This document shows, piece by piece, positions 40,706 to 49,582 of a stretch of DNA of 64,000 bases. This stretch comes from Sphingobium sp. (GTDB taxonomy: Bacteria > Pseudomonadota > Alphaproteobacteria > Sphingomonadales > Sphingomonadaceae), in the NCBI GenBank assembly GCA_036383495.1, contig DASVOF010000004.1, positions 192-64,191 of the forward strand. The letters run 5' to 3'. How positions within the stretch are numbered: the stretch's first letter is position 1; every line of letters begins with the position of its first letter. The notes beneath the pieces were generated by a model that worked only from the letters and a program-made list of their open reading frames with translations, did no database searches and was not told the origin of the DNA. The position numbers were made by a program, and so were the translations under genes.

Positions 40706-42364
40706 TTACCGTCCCTGGCTGCGCCAGCGGGTGATGGTGCGGGCGAGAATGTCCTGCTCGCCGCCGGCCTGCCGCCATAGTTCGGTAAAGCTGGGATCGC
40801 CCGATGCGGGCCGCCGCGCTTCCTCCAGATCATCCAGCGTGACCCGGATCGGCACGGCGACGCCTTCGCCGCAGATGATCGCTTCCCGGTTGCGCAGCGC
40901 CGGAATGGAATCCAGGAAACCGCGCGCGCCTTCGGGCATCGCCGCCTTCACGAACGCCTGATCGCGATCATTGTTGAGGCGCATCGAAATGATCGTGCCG
41001 CACTGCGACAGCACGCCTTCGGCCAGATCCGAAGGACGCTGGGTGATGAGGCCAAGCGACACGCCATATTTACGGCCTTCCTTGACGATCCGCTCCAGGA
41101 TGCGGCGCACGGCCTGCCCCGTGCCCGCGGTCGAACTGGGGATATAGCGATGCGCTTCCTCGCACACGAGCAGGATGGGGCGCTGCGGTTCGTCCCGCGC
41201 CCAGATGGCGTAGTCGAACACCAGCCGGGACAGCACCGACACCACGACCGACGTGATGTCCGAAGGCATGGCGGATACGTCGATGATGGAAATCGGCTTC
41301 CCGCCCGAGGGCAGGCGGAAAATCTTGGCTAGGAATTCCTGCATCGTGTCGGCGACCAGCATGCCGGAAAACATGAAGCTGTAGCGCGGATCGGCCTTGA
41401 TCTCGTCGATCTTGGTTTTCAGCCGCATATAGGGGAGGGCGCCGGTGCCCTTGTCCAGCTTCCCCATCTCATTTTGTAAGATGTTGGTGAGGTCCGACAG
41501 CAGATAGGGCACGGGGGAATCGACGGTTAGCCGTCCGATGCCTTCGGCCAGCCGGTTCTTCTGCCGCGCGGCGAGCAGGCATTTGGCGAGGATGTCGCAA
41601 TCCACCGTGCGGTCGGCGCCTTCGGAGGTGACGAACACCTCGCAATGCTCTTCGAAATTCATGAGCCAGTAGGGCAAAGCGAGGTTGTTCACGTCGAACA
41701 CCGCGCCATTTTGCGCGAAAGCCGCGCCATATTCGCCGTGCGGGTCGATCATGACGATGTGGCCCTGCGGCGACAGGTCGCAGATGCGGTGCAGGATCAG
41801 CGCGGCGCTGGTCGACTTGCCCGTGCCGGTCGACCCCAGCAGCGCGAAATGCTTGCCCAGCATGGAATCGACATAGAGCGCGGCGCGCGTATCGGCGGTG
41901 GGATAGACGGTGCCGATCTGCACATGCGGGCGGTCGTCGGCGGCATAGATTTGCTGCATGTCCGCGCTCGATACCGGGAAGATATCCGTGCCGGGCGTGG
42001 GATAGCGCGTGACGCCGCGACGGAAGCGATGGATGCGCCCGGTCAGCTTTTCCTCGTCCCCTTCGCCCAGGAAGTCGACCTCCGCGACGATCATGCCGCT
42101 GTCCTGCCGGTCGAGCGCCATGGAGCGCACGCTGGCGATCAGCCAACTGTCGCCGACGCGCATCTTCACCTGGCTGCCGACCTGTCCGGCCATGGCGATG
42201 CAGGGGTCGGCATCCTGCGCCAGCGCGCTGATGCGCGCGAGGTCGATCCATATACTGGAACTGGAGCCCGCGATCTGGAACACCGCGCCCATCGCGTCCT
42301 GCAAGCCGGCAAGCGCATGCGGCTCAACATTCGTGAATTCGGCCGCTCCTGGCATGTGGCTCAT
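40706..42364 (-). CDS. HerA-like (DUF87) ATPase
   Basis: KHFALLGSTGTGKS, IDPHGEY, CEEAHRY, KEGRKYG, TQRPS; N-terminal barrel region. Confidence 0.9.
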   Translation of the reverse strand: MSHMPGAAEFTNVEPHALAGLQDAMGAVFQIAGSSSSIWIDLARISALAQDADPCIAMAGQVGSQVKMRVGDSWLIASVRSMALDRQDSGMIVAEVDFLGEGDEEKLTGRIHRFRRGVTRYPTPGTDIFPVSSADMQQIYAADDRPHVQIGTVYPTADTRAALYVDSMLGKHFALLGSTGTGKSTSAALILHRICDLSPQGHIVMIDPHGEYGAAFAQNGAVFDVNNLALPYWLMNFEEHCEVFVTSEGADRTVDCDILAKCLLAARQKNRLAEGIGRLTVDSPVPYLLSDLTNILQNEMGKLDKGTGALPYMRLKTKIDEIKADPRYSFMFSGMLVADTMQEFLAKIFRLPSGGKPISIIDVSAMPSDITSVVVSVLSRLVFDYAIWARDEPQRPILLVCEEAHRYIPSSTAGTGQAVRRILERIVKEGRKYGVSLGLITQRPSDLAEGVLSQCGTIISMRLNNDRDQAFVKAAMPEGARGFLDSIPALRNREAIICGEGVAVPIRVTLDDLEEARRPASGDPSFTELWRQAGGEQDILARTITRWRSQGR

Positions 42365-42533
42365 ACGCCCTCTCAATCCCGCCCGCAGGCAAGGATTGCC
42401 AGCGCCCCGGCTGGTTTTACCGGCTCAGTAGTAAAGAATGGCTTATCGGCGGGCGTTCTGTTCAGCGACGGATCGCTGGGGAACAGGGCGCTAGATATGT
42501 GTTCCCGGCATTTGAGGGCGCATTATTCAGCCA

Positions 42534-42568
42534 GCAACAATTTGTAACCTTCGGCAAATTTCAGAGAC
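42534..42568 (+). promoter_or_regulatory. Four 10-bp-phased pentamers, candidate OmpR-family operator
   Basis: GCAAC 42534, GTAAC 42544, GCAAA 42554, GAGAC 42564. Confidence 0.4.
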
Positions 42569-42622
42569 ATTCACCGCCCCTACAGCCTTCGCGACAGCCC
42601 ATTATTCGTGAAGGAGAAGACG

Positions 42623-43063
42623 ATGTTCCTCATTCTTGCCTCGGCGGCCGCCGCCATGTCGGCCGCAACGCCCGTCCACAGCGCCCAGATCCCCCACGCC
42701 GCCAACGCCTATCAGGCAAGCTACGAGACGGAGTCGACGGTCCGCTTGAATGAGGTTGAGCCGCGCTTCGCCAGCCGTCCCGCCACGCCCGTCTGCCGCT
42801 GGCAGGCCGAACTGGTTCTGAACCGGGCGGTTTCGGCTGAGGGTCGCCCGGTCGCGGCGGTAGGCAAGTCCATCCACCGCTTCGCACCGTTGTCGGGTAG
42901 CCATGCGGGCTCCTGCGACGCCGCGCGCAGCCAGATCAACGCGGAAGTAGCCCGCTATTCGCGCGCCCGCGCCGCTGAATCGATGGCGGTCGCGCAGCAG
43001 GACCGAGCGGTCCTGCTCCAGGAACTGGACGGCATCCACGCCCTGTCCGTGAAGGGCGGATGA
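42623..43063 (+). CDS. Secreted hypothetical protein with two Cys
   Basis: GAAGGAG SD, signal-like N-terminus, ATGA overlap with the next gene. Confidence 0.8.
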   Translation: MFLILASAAAAMSAATPVHSAQIPHAANAYQASYETESTVRLNEVEPRFASRPATPVCRWQAELVLNRAVSAEGRPVAAVGKSIHRFAPLSGSHAGSCDAARSQINAEVARYSRARAAESMAVAQQDRAVLLQELDGIHALSVKGG

Positions 43064-43770
43064 GTCCACCACTGATCCTGATTGCCGAGGCGCAGCAGGA
43101 TTTGCGTCAACAGGTGCGCGAATCCCTGGAGCAGAATGGTTTCCGGGCGTTCCCGGCCGCCTCGGCGTCGGACATCTGGACAGCCATGGAAACGATGCCG
43201 GTCGGCGTGCTCGTGCTCGACGCGGCGCTGCGCGGACCGGACGGCATGGACCTGTGCCGCGACGTGCGCGAGCGCAGCGACGTGCCGATCATCCTGGTCG
43301 GCGCGAACAGCAGCGAGGTCGACCGCGTCGTCGGGCTGGAGCTGGGCGCGGACGACTATATGGCCAAGCCCTATTCGACGCGCGAACTCGCCGCCCGGCT
43401 CCGGGCGGTGCTGCGGCGCGGCAGGAATGAGCGCGCGTTGGGTCTGCGCCGCCAGACCGAAGCGCGCTTCGACGGCTGGACGACCGACTTCGCCCGGCGC
43501 GAAGTGCGCGATCCCGATGGCGGTCTGGTGGAGCTGACGGCGGCCGAATTTTCGCTGTTGGCCGTGCTGCTCGACCATCCGCAGGCGGTTATTGCGCGGG
43601 CGCGGCTCATGGAACTGGGCGGCGTGCGCGACGGGCCGTCCTCCGAACGCAGCGTCGACGTGCTGGTCAGCCGCCTGCGCCGCAAGCTCAGCCATGGCGG
43701 GCGGTCCGGGCCGATCGTCACGGTGAGGGGCGTGGGATACATGCTGAGCGCGGTGGTGGACCGACGGTGA
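43060..43770 (+). CDS. OmpR-family response regulator with an atypical receiver
   Basis: GLELGADDYMAKP, winged helix RSVDVLVSRLRRKL, TVRGVGY. Confidence 0.92.
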   Translation: MSPPLILIAEAQQDLRQQVRESLEQNGFRAFPAASASDIWTAMETMPVGVLVLDAALRGPDGMDLCRDVRERSDVPIILVGANSSEVDRVVGLELGADDYMAKPYSTRELAARLRAVLRRGRNERALGLRRQTEARFDGWTTDFARREVRDPDGGLVELTAAEFSLLAVLLDHPQAVIARARLMELGGVRDGPSSERSVDVLVSRLRRKLSHGGRSGPIVTVRGVGYMLSAVVDRR

Positions 43771-43795
43771 GGCCGGGCTGGCCGCCGGCAGCCAC

Positions 43796-43830
43796 GTCTG
43801 GGCGTGGAAAATCGCCCAGACATATTATTT
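43796..43830 (+). terminator. Hairpin after the first regulator
   Basis: GTCTGGGCG-8nt-CGCCCAGAC followed by ATATTATTT. Confidence 0.5.
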
Positions 43831-43928
43831 AACAAACCCGCTGCGCCGCAGCAAAGCCGCTTCTCTATCTTCCTTGATCAAGCCGGTCCGCCCCCTGACC
43901 GGCAAGCCACAATAAGGATAGAGAAGTC

Positions 43929-44627
43929 ATGAACGATCTGATCGGCCGCGTCTTCAGTTTTGAAAGTCACGTCTTCCCGAACCAGAGCGCGCTCTACAAC
44001 CGGCTCGCCAGCCACGGGCAGAGCCCCAAGGCGCTGATGATTTCCTGCGCCGACTCCCGCATCGTGCCCGAACATATCATGCAGGCCGATCCGGGTGACC
44101 TGTTCGTCTGCCGCAATGCGGGCAATATCGTGCCGCCGCACGCCAGCCAGCTGGGCGGCGTTACCGCCACCGTCGAATATGCGATCATGGTGTTGGGCGT
44201 GCGCGACATCATCGTGTGCGGTCACAGCGACTGCGGCGCGATGAAGGCGCTGGCGACCGACGCCGATCTGTCGGCGATGCCGAACGTGGCCGCCTGGCTG
44301 CGTCATTCGCACGCCGCGCAGAAGGTATGCCGGGAAAATTATCCCGCCGACCTCAACGACGCGGACAAGCTGCGCAACATGGCGCTGGAAAATGTAGTGG
44401 TGCAGTTGTCGCACCTGCGGACCCATCCGTCGGTCGCGTCCGGCATCGCGCGCGGCGACATCGCGCTGCACGGCTGGTATGTCGACATTCACGCCGGTCA
44501 GGTCCTTGGCCTCGACGGCGAGACCGGGCGTTTCACAGCCCTTCGCGAAGGCGAGCCGCTGCCCGTGGCGCTTGCGCAGGCTCGTCGCCTGGCGGGTGAC
44601 ATCAGTATCGCCGTGGCGGCGGAGTAA
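43929..44627 (+). CDS. Beta-class carbonic anhydrase (CynT-like)
   Basis: CADSRI, RNAGN, CGHSDCGAM zinc ligands. Confidence 0.95.
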   Translation: MNDLIGRVFSFESHVFPNQSALYNRLASHGQSPKALMISCADSRIVPEHIMQADPGDLFVCRNAGNIVPPHASQLGGVTATVEYAIMVLGVRDIIVCGHSDCGAMKALATDADLSAMPNVAAWLRHSHAAQKVCRENYPADLNDADKLRNMALENVVVQLSHLRTHPSVASGIARGDIALHGWYVDIHAGQVLGLDGETGRFTALREGEPLPVALAQARRLAGDISIAVAAE

Positions 44628-44631
44628 GCGC

Positions 44632-46128
44632 ATGTTGAAAGCTCTTTCCGGCGGCGCGTTCAGCCGCGATTTCACCGCCTCCATCGTCGTGTTCCTGGTG
44701 GCGATGCCGCTGTGCATGGGCATCGCGGTCGCTTCCGGCGTGCCGCCCGAAAAGGGGCTGATCACCGGCATGATCGGTGGTCTGGTCGTCGGCTTCCTCG
44801 CCGGGTCGCCGTTGCAGGTCAGCGGCCCTGCGGCGGGTCTGGCCGTCATCGTATTCGAGATCGTGCGGGAGCAGGGGCTTTCAGCCCTTGGTCCGATCCT
44901 GATCCTTGCGGGCGCGATTCAGGTGATCGCGGGCCTGCTCAAGGTCGGCGGATGGTTTCGCGCCATTTCCCCGGCGGTCGTGCACGGCATGCTCGCGGGC
45001 ATCGGCGTGCTGATCGTCGTCGGCCAGTTCCATGTGCTCTTTGACGACAAGCCGCTGTCGAGCGGCCTCGCCAACCTGATCGCCATGCCGGGGCAGATTT
45101 TCGGCCTGACCAATCAGGACGCGGCCATCGCCTTCGCGGTCGGCCTGGTCACGATCGGCGGCATGCTGGGGTGGGAGAAGTTCCGTCCCGCTTCGCTGAA
45201 GCTGGTTCCGGGCGCGCTGGTGGGCGTGGTTCTGGCGACGCTGGTTGCGTTCTTCCTGGGCCTACCCGTCGCGCGCGTGGTCGTGCCGGAATCCATCATG
45301 GCTGCGATCGCTCTGCCCGAACAGGGCTTGCTCCAGCAGTTGATGAACCCGGCCGTGATCACCACCGCGATCGCCATCGCCTTCATCGCCAGCGCCGAAA
45401 CGCTGCTGTCGGCGGCGGCGGTCGACCGTATGCATGACGGCGTGCGCACCAACTATAACCGCGAACTCAGCGCGCAGGGCGTGGGCAATTTGCTGTGTGG
45501 CTTTGCGGGCGCGTTGCCGATGACCGGCGTCATCGTTCGCAGTTCCGCCAATGTGCAGGCCGGGGCGAAGACAAGGCTGTCGACCATCCTGCACGGCGTG
45601 TGGATATTGGGCTTCGTTGCATTGCTGCCCTGGCTGCTGCGCGAGATTCCGATGGCGGCGCTGGCGGGCATTCTGGTCGTCACCGGCGTTCGGCTGGTCA
45701 GCCTTGACCACGCCAAGCATCTGTTGCACCGCTATGGTCCGCTTCCGGTGATCGTGTGGGCGGCGACGCTGATCATGGTCGTGGCGACCGACCTGCTGAC
45801 CGGCGTGCTGGTCGGCATCGGGCTCTCCCTGCTGGAACTTCTGCCTCACGCCCGTCGCCTCGGCCTCAGGTTTGACGAGCATGATCGGGACGATGCGCAT
45901 GAAGTGGCGCTGCACGGCACGGCCACATTCCTGACCCTGCCCAAGCTGTCGGCCAAGCTGGATTCGGTGCCTGCCGGACGCCTCGTCATCCTCAATGTCG
46001 AGCGGCTGGCCCATATCGACCATACCAGCGCGGAGATGGTCCGCGAATGGATCGACCGCCGTCGTGGCGCGGGGCATGCGGTAGAATTGTTCGGCGCCAC
46101 CGGCCGCCTTCGCAACCTCGTCGCCTGA
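44632..46128 (+). CDS. SulP/SLC26 anion transporter with a short STAS-like tail
   Basis: VVFLVAMPLCMGIAVASG, QVSGPAAGL, LPMTGVIVRSSAN. Confidence 0.93.
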   Translation: MLKALSGGAFSRDFTASIVVFLVAMPLCMGIAVASGVPPEKGLITGMIGGLVVGFLAGSPLQVSGPAAGLAVIVFEIVREQGLSALGPILILAGAIQVIAGLLKVGGWFRAISPAVVHGMLAGIGVLIVVGQFHVLFDDKPLSSGLANLIAMPGQIFGLTNQDAAIAFAVGLVTIGGMLGWEKFRPASLKLVPGALVGVVLATLVAFFLGLPVARVVVPESIMAAIALPEQGLLQQLMNPAVITTAIAIAFIASAETLLSAAAVDRMHDGVRTNYNRELSAQGVGNLLCGFAGALPMTGVIVRSSANVQAGAKTRLSTILHGVWILGFVALLPWLLREIPMAALAGILVVTGVRLVSLDHAKHLLHRYGPLPVIVWAATLIMVVATDLLTGVLVGIGLSLLELLPHARRLGLRFDEHDRDDAHEVALHGTATFLTLPKLSAKLDSVPAGRLVILNVERLAHIDHTSAEMVREWIDRRRGAGHAVELFGATGRLRNLVA

Positions 46129-46155
46129 TCTCCCCCTTGCGTCGGGCGACGCCAG

Positions 46156-46192
46156 CCGCCGCGCCATATCCCGATGGCGCGGCGGATTTTTT
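46156..46192 (+). terminator. Intrinsic terminator of the CA-SulP operon
   Basis: CCGCCGCGCCAT / ATGGCGCGGCGG followed by ATTTTTT. Confidence 0.85.
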
Positions 46193-46226
46193 ACATTAAA
46201 TTACAATATAGAAACCCAATAGAAAT
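46190..46226 (+). promoter_or_regulatory. Phased direct repeats, candidate OmpR-family operator/promoter
   Basis: TTACA at 46191 and 46201; ATAGAAA at 46208 and 46219. Confidence 0.45.
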
Positions 46227-46426
46227 ATTATGAATCGCCTAGGACAATAACCGTGCTCCCATAGCCACAGCTTGGGTCGCTCCCTTCGCAGGTGCGGAAA
46301 AATCCATTCCGCTTTGCGTCATCGCCCCATAGGCTCAGCCTCATCCGCCGGCACCGAGGGACGACCACGATCTCCGGGCTTGAGCGGACGCAGGACGGAA
46401 CATTCTTTCCATAAAGGGGAATGTTC

Positions 46427-47242
46427 ATGAAGTATCAGATCGCCTGTGCCGCCCTCGCTCTTATGTCGAGCGCGCCGGCCTTCGCCCAGGAAGAACCCGC
46501 TCGCCCCGTCACCGTGTCGGGTAGCGCCGCGTTGGTTTCCGACTATCGTTTCCGCGGCGTGTCGCAGACCGACAAGGGCATGGCCATTCAGGGCGGCGTC
46601 ACGCTGACCCATGAAAGCGGCGCCTATGTCGGCACATGGGCTTCGAACCTGTCCGGTTGGGGCACCTTTGGCGGTTCCAACATGGAACTGGACCTGTTCG
46701 GCGGCTACGCCATCCCGCTGGGCGGCGCGACCCTGGACGTCGGCCTCACCTGGTACATGTATCCGTCGGGCGCGTCGAAGACCGACTTCGCCGAACCCTA
46801 TGTGAAGCTGTCGAGCCAGTTGGGCCCCGTAAAGGGTCTGCTGGGCGTCGCCTATGCGCCCAAGCAGCAGGCGCTCGGCAACTGGTCGAACACCCCGCAG
46901 AGCGCGGCGGGCGACAAGGAAGACAATCTCTACATCTGGGGTGACGTGAGCGGCGCAGTGCCGAACACGCCGGTCACGCTGAAGGCGCATCTGGGCTATT
47001 CGGACGGCAACCCCGGCCTTGGCCCGAACGGCACCTCGGTCGCGCCGACCGGCAAATATCTCGACTGGCTGGTGGGCGCGGATGTCGCCGTCCCCGGCAC
47101 GCCGCTGACCCTGGGCGTCGCCTATGTCGACACCGACATCGCCCGGGTCGAGGAAAACTATATCCGTCCGAACTTCTCGGACGCCGACGGTTCCTCGATC
47201 GCGCGCAGCCAGGTGGTATTCTCCCTGACGGCCGCTTTCTGA
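46427..47242 (+). CDS. TorF-family (TIGR02001-like) putative porin
   Basis: Signal peptide, SDYRFRGVSQT, YVGTWASN, C-terminal Phe; start may be 46421. Confidence 0.88.
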   Translation: MKYQIACAALALMSSAPAFAQEEPARPVTVSGSAALVSDYRFRGVSQTDKGMAIQGGVTLTHESGAYVGTWASNLSGWGTFGGSNMELDLFGGYAIPLGGATLDVGLTWYMYPSGASKTDFAEPYVKLSSQLGPVKGLLGVAYAPKQQALGNWSNTPQSAAGDKEDNLYIWGDVSGAVPNTPVTLKAHLGYSDGNPGLGPNGTSVAPTGKYLDWLVGADVAVPGTPLTLGVAYVDTDIARVEENYIRPNFSDADGSSIARSQVVFSLTAAF

Positions 47243-47251
47243 TGATATTGA

Positions 47252-47293
47252 GCATGCCGGCCCCGGTTCGCCGGGGCCGGCATGCCTTTCTTT
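47252..47293 (+). terminator. Intrinsic terminator of the porin gene
   Basis: 15-bp perfect stem GCATGCCGGCCCCGG-TTCG-CCGGGGCCGGCATGC followed by CTTTCTTT. Confidence 0.85.
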
Positions 47294-47440
47294 CTGCGGG
47301 CAGCGTCCGATTGTCTCATCCATGACAAATCATTGCTCAGGCCCCTCTCGCCTGTTTCCGACCCATCGCCCGGTTGACCGGTCAGACGGCCCCCCCTATC
47401 TCCCGGCCATGACCTCATTTTGTTGCGCGACGTTTCCGGC

Positions 47441-48151
47441 ATGACCGCTCCGACGATCATCCTGGTCGAGGATGACCCGCCGCTGCGCACGCTGACGGCG
47501 CGCGCCCTTCAGGAACATGGCTATCAGGTGCGGCCCGCTTCGTCGGGTCCCGAAATGTGGGTGGCCTTCGACGCCGGTCCGGTCGATCTGGTCGTGCTGG
47601 ACGTCATGCTGCCGGGCACCAACGGCATCGACCTTTGCCGTCAGATCCGTCGCAAGAGCGATGTGCCCATCATCTTCATCAGCGCCAAGGGCGGCGAAAC
47701 CGACCGCATCGTCGGGCTGGAGCTGGGCGCCGACGATTATCTGCCCAAGCCCTTCGGCACGCGCGAGCTGATTGCGCGCATCCGCGCCATCCTGCGCCGG
47801 GTAGGCGTGGAGCGCGGTCCCGACGAACATCGCGAGACTGAAGCGCGCTTCGACGGCTGGGTGGTCAATTTCCCGCGCCGTGAGTTGCGATCGCCCACCG
47901 GCGCGATCGTCGACCTGACCGGCGCGGAGTTCGACCTGCTCGGCTCTTTCCTCAGCCACCCGCAGCGCGTCATCGCCCGTGAGCGCCTGATCGAACTGTC
48001 GCGCACCCGCATGGGCGACAGCTCCGACCGCAGCATCGACGTGCTGGTCAGCCGCCTGCGCCGCAAGCTTACCAGCGATGACAGGGCCGCCCCGATCACG
48101 ACGGTTCGCGGCGTCGGCTACATGCTGAACGCGGAGGTCAGCCGCGCTTGA
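47441..48151 (+). CDS. OmpR-family response regulator (canonical receiver)
   Basis: LVEDD, VLDVMLPG, IFISAK, DDYLPKPF, RSIDVLVSRLRRKL. Confidence 0.95.
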   Translation: MTAPTIILVEDDPPLRTLTARALQEHGYQVRPASSGPEMWVAFDAGPVDLVVLDVMLPGTNGIDLCRQIRRKSDVPIIFISAKGGETDRIVGLELGADDYLPKPFGTRELIARIRAILRRVGVERGPDEHRETEARFDGWVVNFPRRELRSPTGAIVDLTGAEFDLLGSFLSHPQRVIARERLIELSRTRMGDSSDRSIDVLVSRLRRKLTSDDRAAPITTVRGVGYMLNAEVSRA

Positions 48152-49479
48152 GACGGCATATGCACCGTTCGGTCGGTCTGGTCGGGCGGCTGTTCGTCAT
48201 CCTGCTGCTGACGCTGACGCTGGAATTTGCGGTCGGCACGTTGATCTACGAGCGGGCGGGGCATCTGTCGCTCCAGGATGACGAAGCGCGGCGTTTGGCC
48301 GAGCATCTGGTCATCGCCCGCAAGCTGGTCGCCGAACAGCCCGTCGCGGAGCGGCATGCGCTTGCGGTCCAGCTGACCACCGACCGCTACGACATCCACT
48401 GGACGCCGGCATCGCCGCCGCCGCCGCCGCTCGCGCCCGAACTGGAGCGGATGCGCCGGCAGATCATCGTCTGGGAACCGAGCCTCGAACGGTCGCGCCT
48501 GTGGCTGCGGCTCGCGTCGCCGGGCCGCGTGTCGGAGATCAACGGCGGGCTGCAACTGCCGGACAGGAGCTGGCTCTATTTCGGCATGCATCATAGCGGT
48601 GGGAAATGGACCTTCACCCTCGGCCGGATCGGCCTTGCGCTGATCCCCGTGATCGCGCTGCTGCTCGCGGGCGGGATGTTGATCCGCCGCACGCTCGCGC
48701 CGCTCAAGGACCTTACCCGCGCCACCGAGCATATCGGCCTCAGCGATGAAGTGACGGTGGCGGAAGGGGGCACCAGCGATCTGCGCGACCTCATCCGCGC
48801 CTTCAACCTGATGCAGAAGCGCATCCACCGCCTGATCATCGAACGGACAGAGACGCTGGCGGCGGTGGGGCATGATTTGCGCACGCCGCTCGCCCGGCTG
48901 CAATTGCGGGTGGAGGGCGTTGGCGACGCCGAAGCGCGCGAGGCGATGGGCGAGGATCTCGCCGAAATGGGCCAGATGATCGATTCCCTGCTGGCTTTCC
49001 TCGGCGGCGAAAAAAATGGCGAGGCGGCGGTCCGCATCGACATCGCCGTGACCGTGGCGACGGTGGTCGACGCGTTCGAGGATCAGGGCAAGGACGTGAC
49101 CTATGCAGGGCTCGACCATCTGGAGGGGGAAGTCCGGCCGTTGTCGTTGCGCCGGGCGGTGTCGAACCTCATCGAAAATGCGCTGCATTACGGCCAGCGC
49201 GCCCGTGTCAGTGTCAATCGGTACGATGGCGAAGTGTTGATCCGGGTGGATGATGACGGCCCCGGCATCCCGCGCGACAGGTTGGAAGAGGTGCTCAAAC
49301 CCTTCGCCCGGCTGGACGAGGCGCGGCAGCGAAATACCCGCGGCCTGGGCCTTGGCCTCGCCATCGTCGCCCAGGCGGTCGAGCGGGAAGGGGGACAGCT
49401 GATCCTCGCGAACCGCCCTGAAGGCGGCCTGCGCGCGGAAATCCTCTTGCCCCAGTCTGCATCGTCAGGCGGTCGCTGA
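48148..49479 (+). CDS. EnvZ-like sensor histidine kinase
   Basis: Two TMs, HAMP, AVGHDLRTPLARL, NLIENALHY, DDGPGI, GLGLGL. Confidence 0.93.
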   Translation: MRRHMHRSVGLVGRLFVILLLTLTLEFAVGTLIYERAGHLSLQDDEARRLAEHLVIARKLVAEQPVAERHALAVQLTTDRYDIHWTPASPPPPPLAPELERMRRQIIVWEPSLERSRLWLRLASPGRVSEINGGLQLPDRSWLYFGMHHSGGKWTFTLGRIGLALIPVIALLLAGGMLIRRTLAPLKDLTRATEHIGLSDEVTVAEGGTSDLRDLIRAFNLMQKRIHRLIIERTETLAAVGHDLRTPLARLQLRVEGVGDAEAREAMGEDLAEMGQMIDSLLAFLGGEKNGEAAVRIDIAVTVATVVDAFEDQGKDVTYAGLDHLEGEVRPLSLRRAVSNLIENALHYGQRARVSVNRYDGEVLIRVDDDGPGIPRDRLEEVLKPFARLDEARQRNTRGLGLGLAIVAQAVEREGGQLILANRPEGGLRAEILLPQSASSGGR

Positions 49480-49582
49480 AAAGCCTTCCCGACAAAAGAG
49501 AATCTGTCCGGGGCCAAGCAAAACTCGTTTATCGGATCGTCTCTGGTCGGGCTATGCCATTGTCGTTGAACAAGAGGCGCAT

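Noticed and set aside
46270-46320. Match of the porin leader to the nhaA-I (Li+) riboswitch
   Set aside because: Only a GGGT...GCAGGT resemblance; the conserved 3' segment as I recall it is absent, so no class was assigned.
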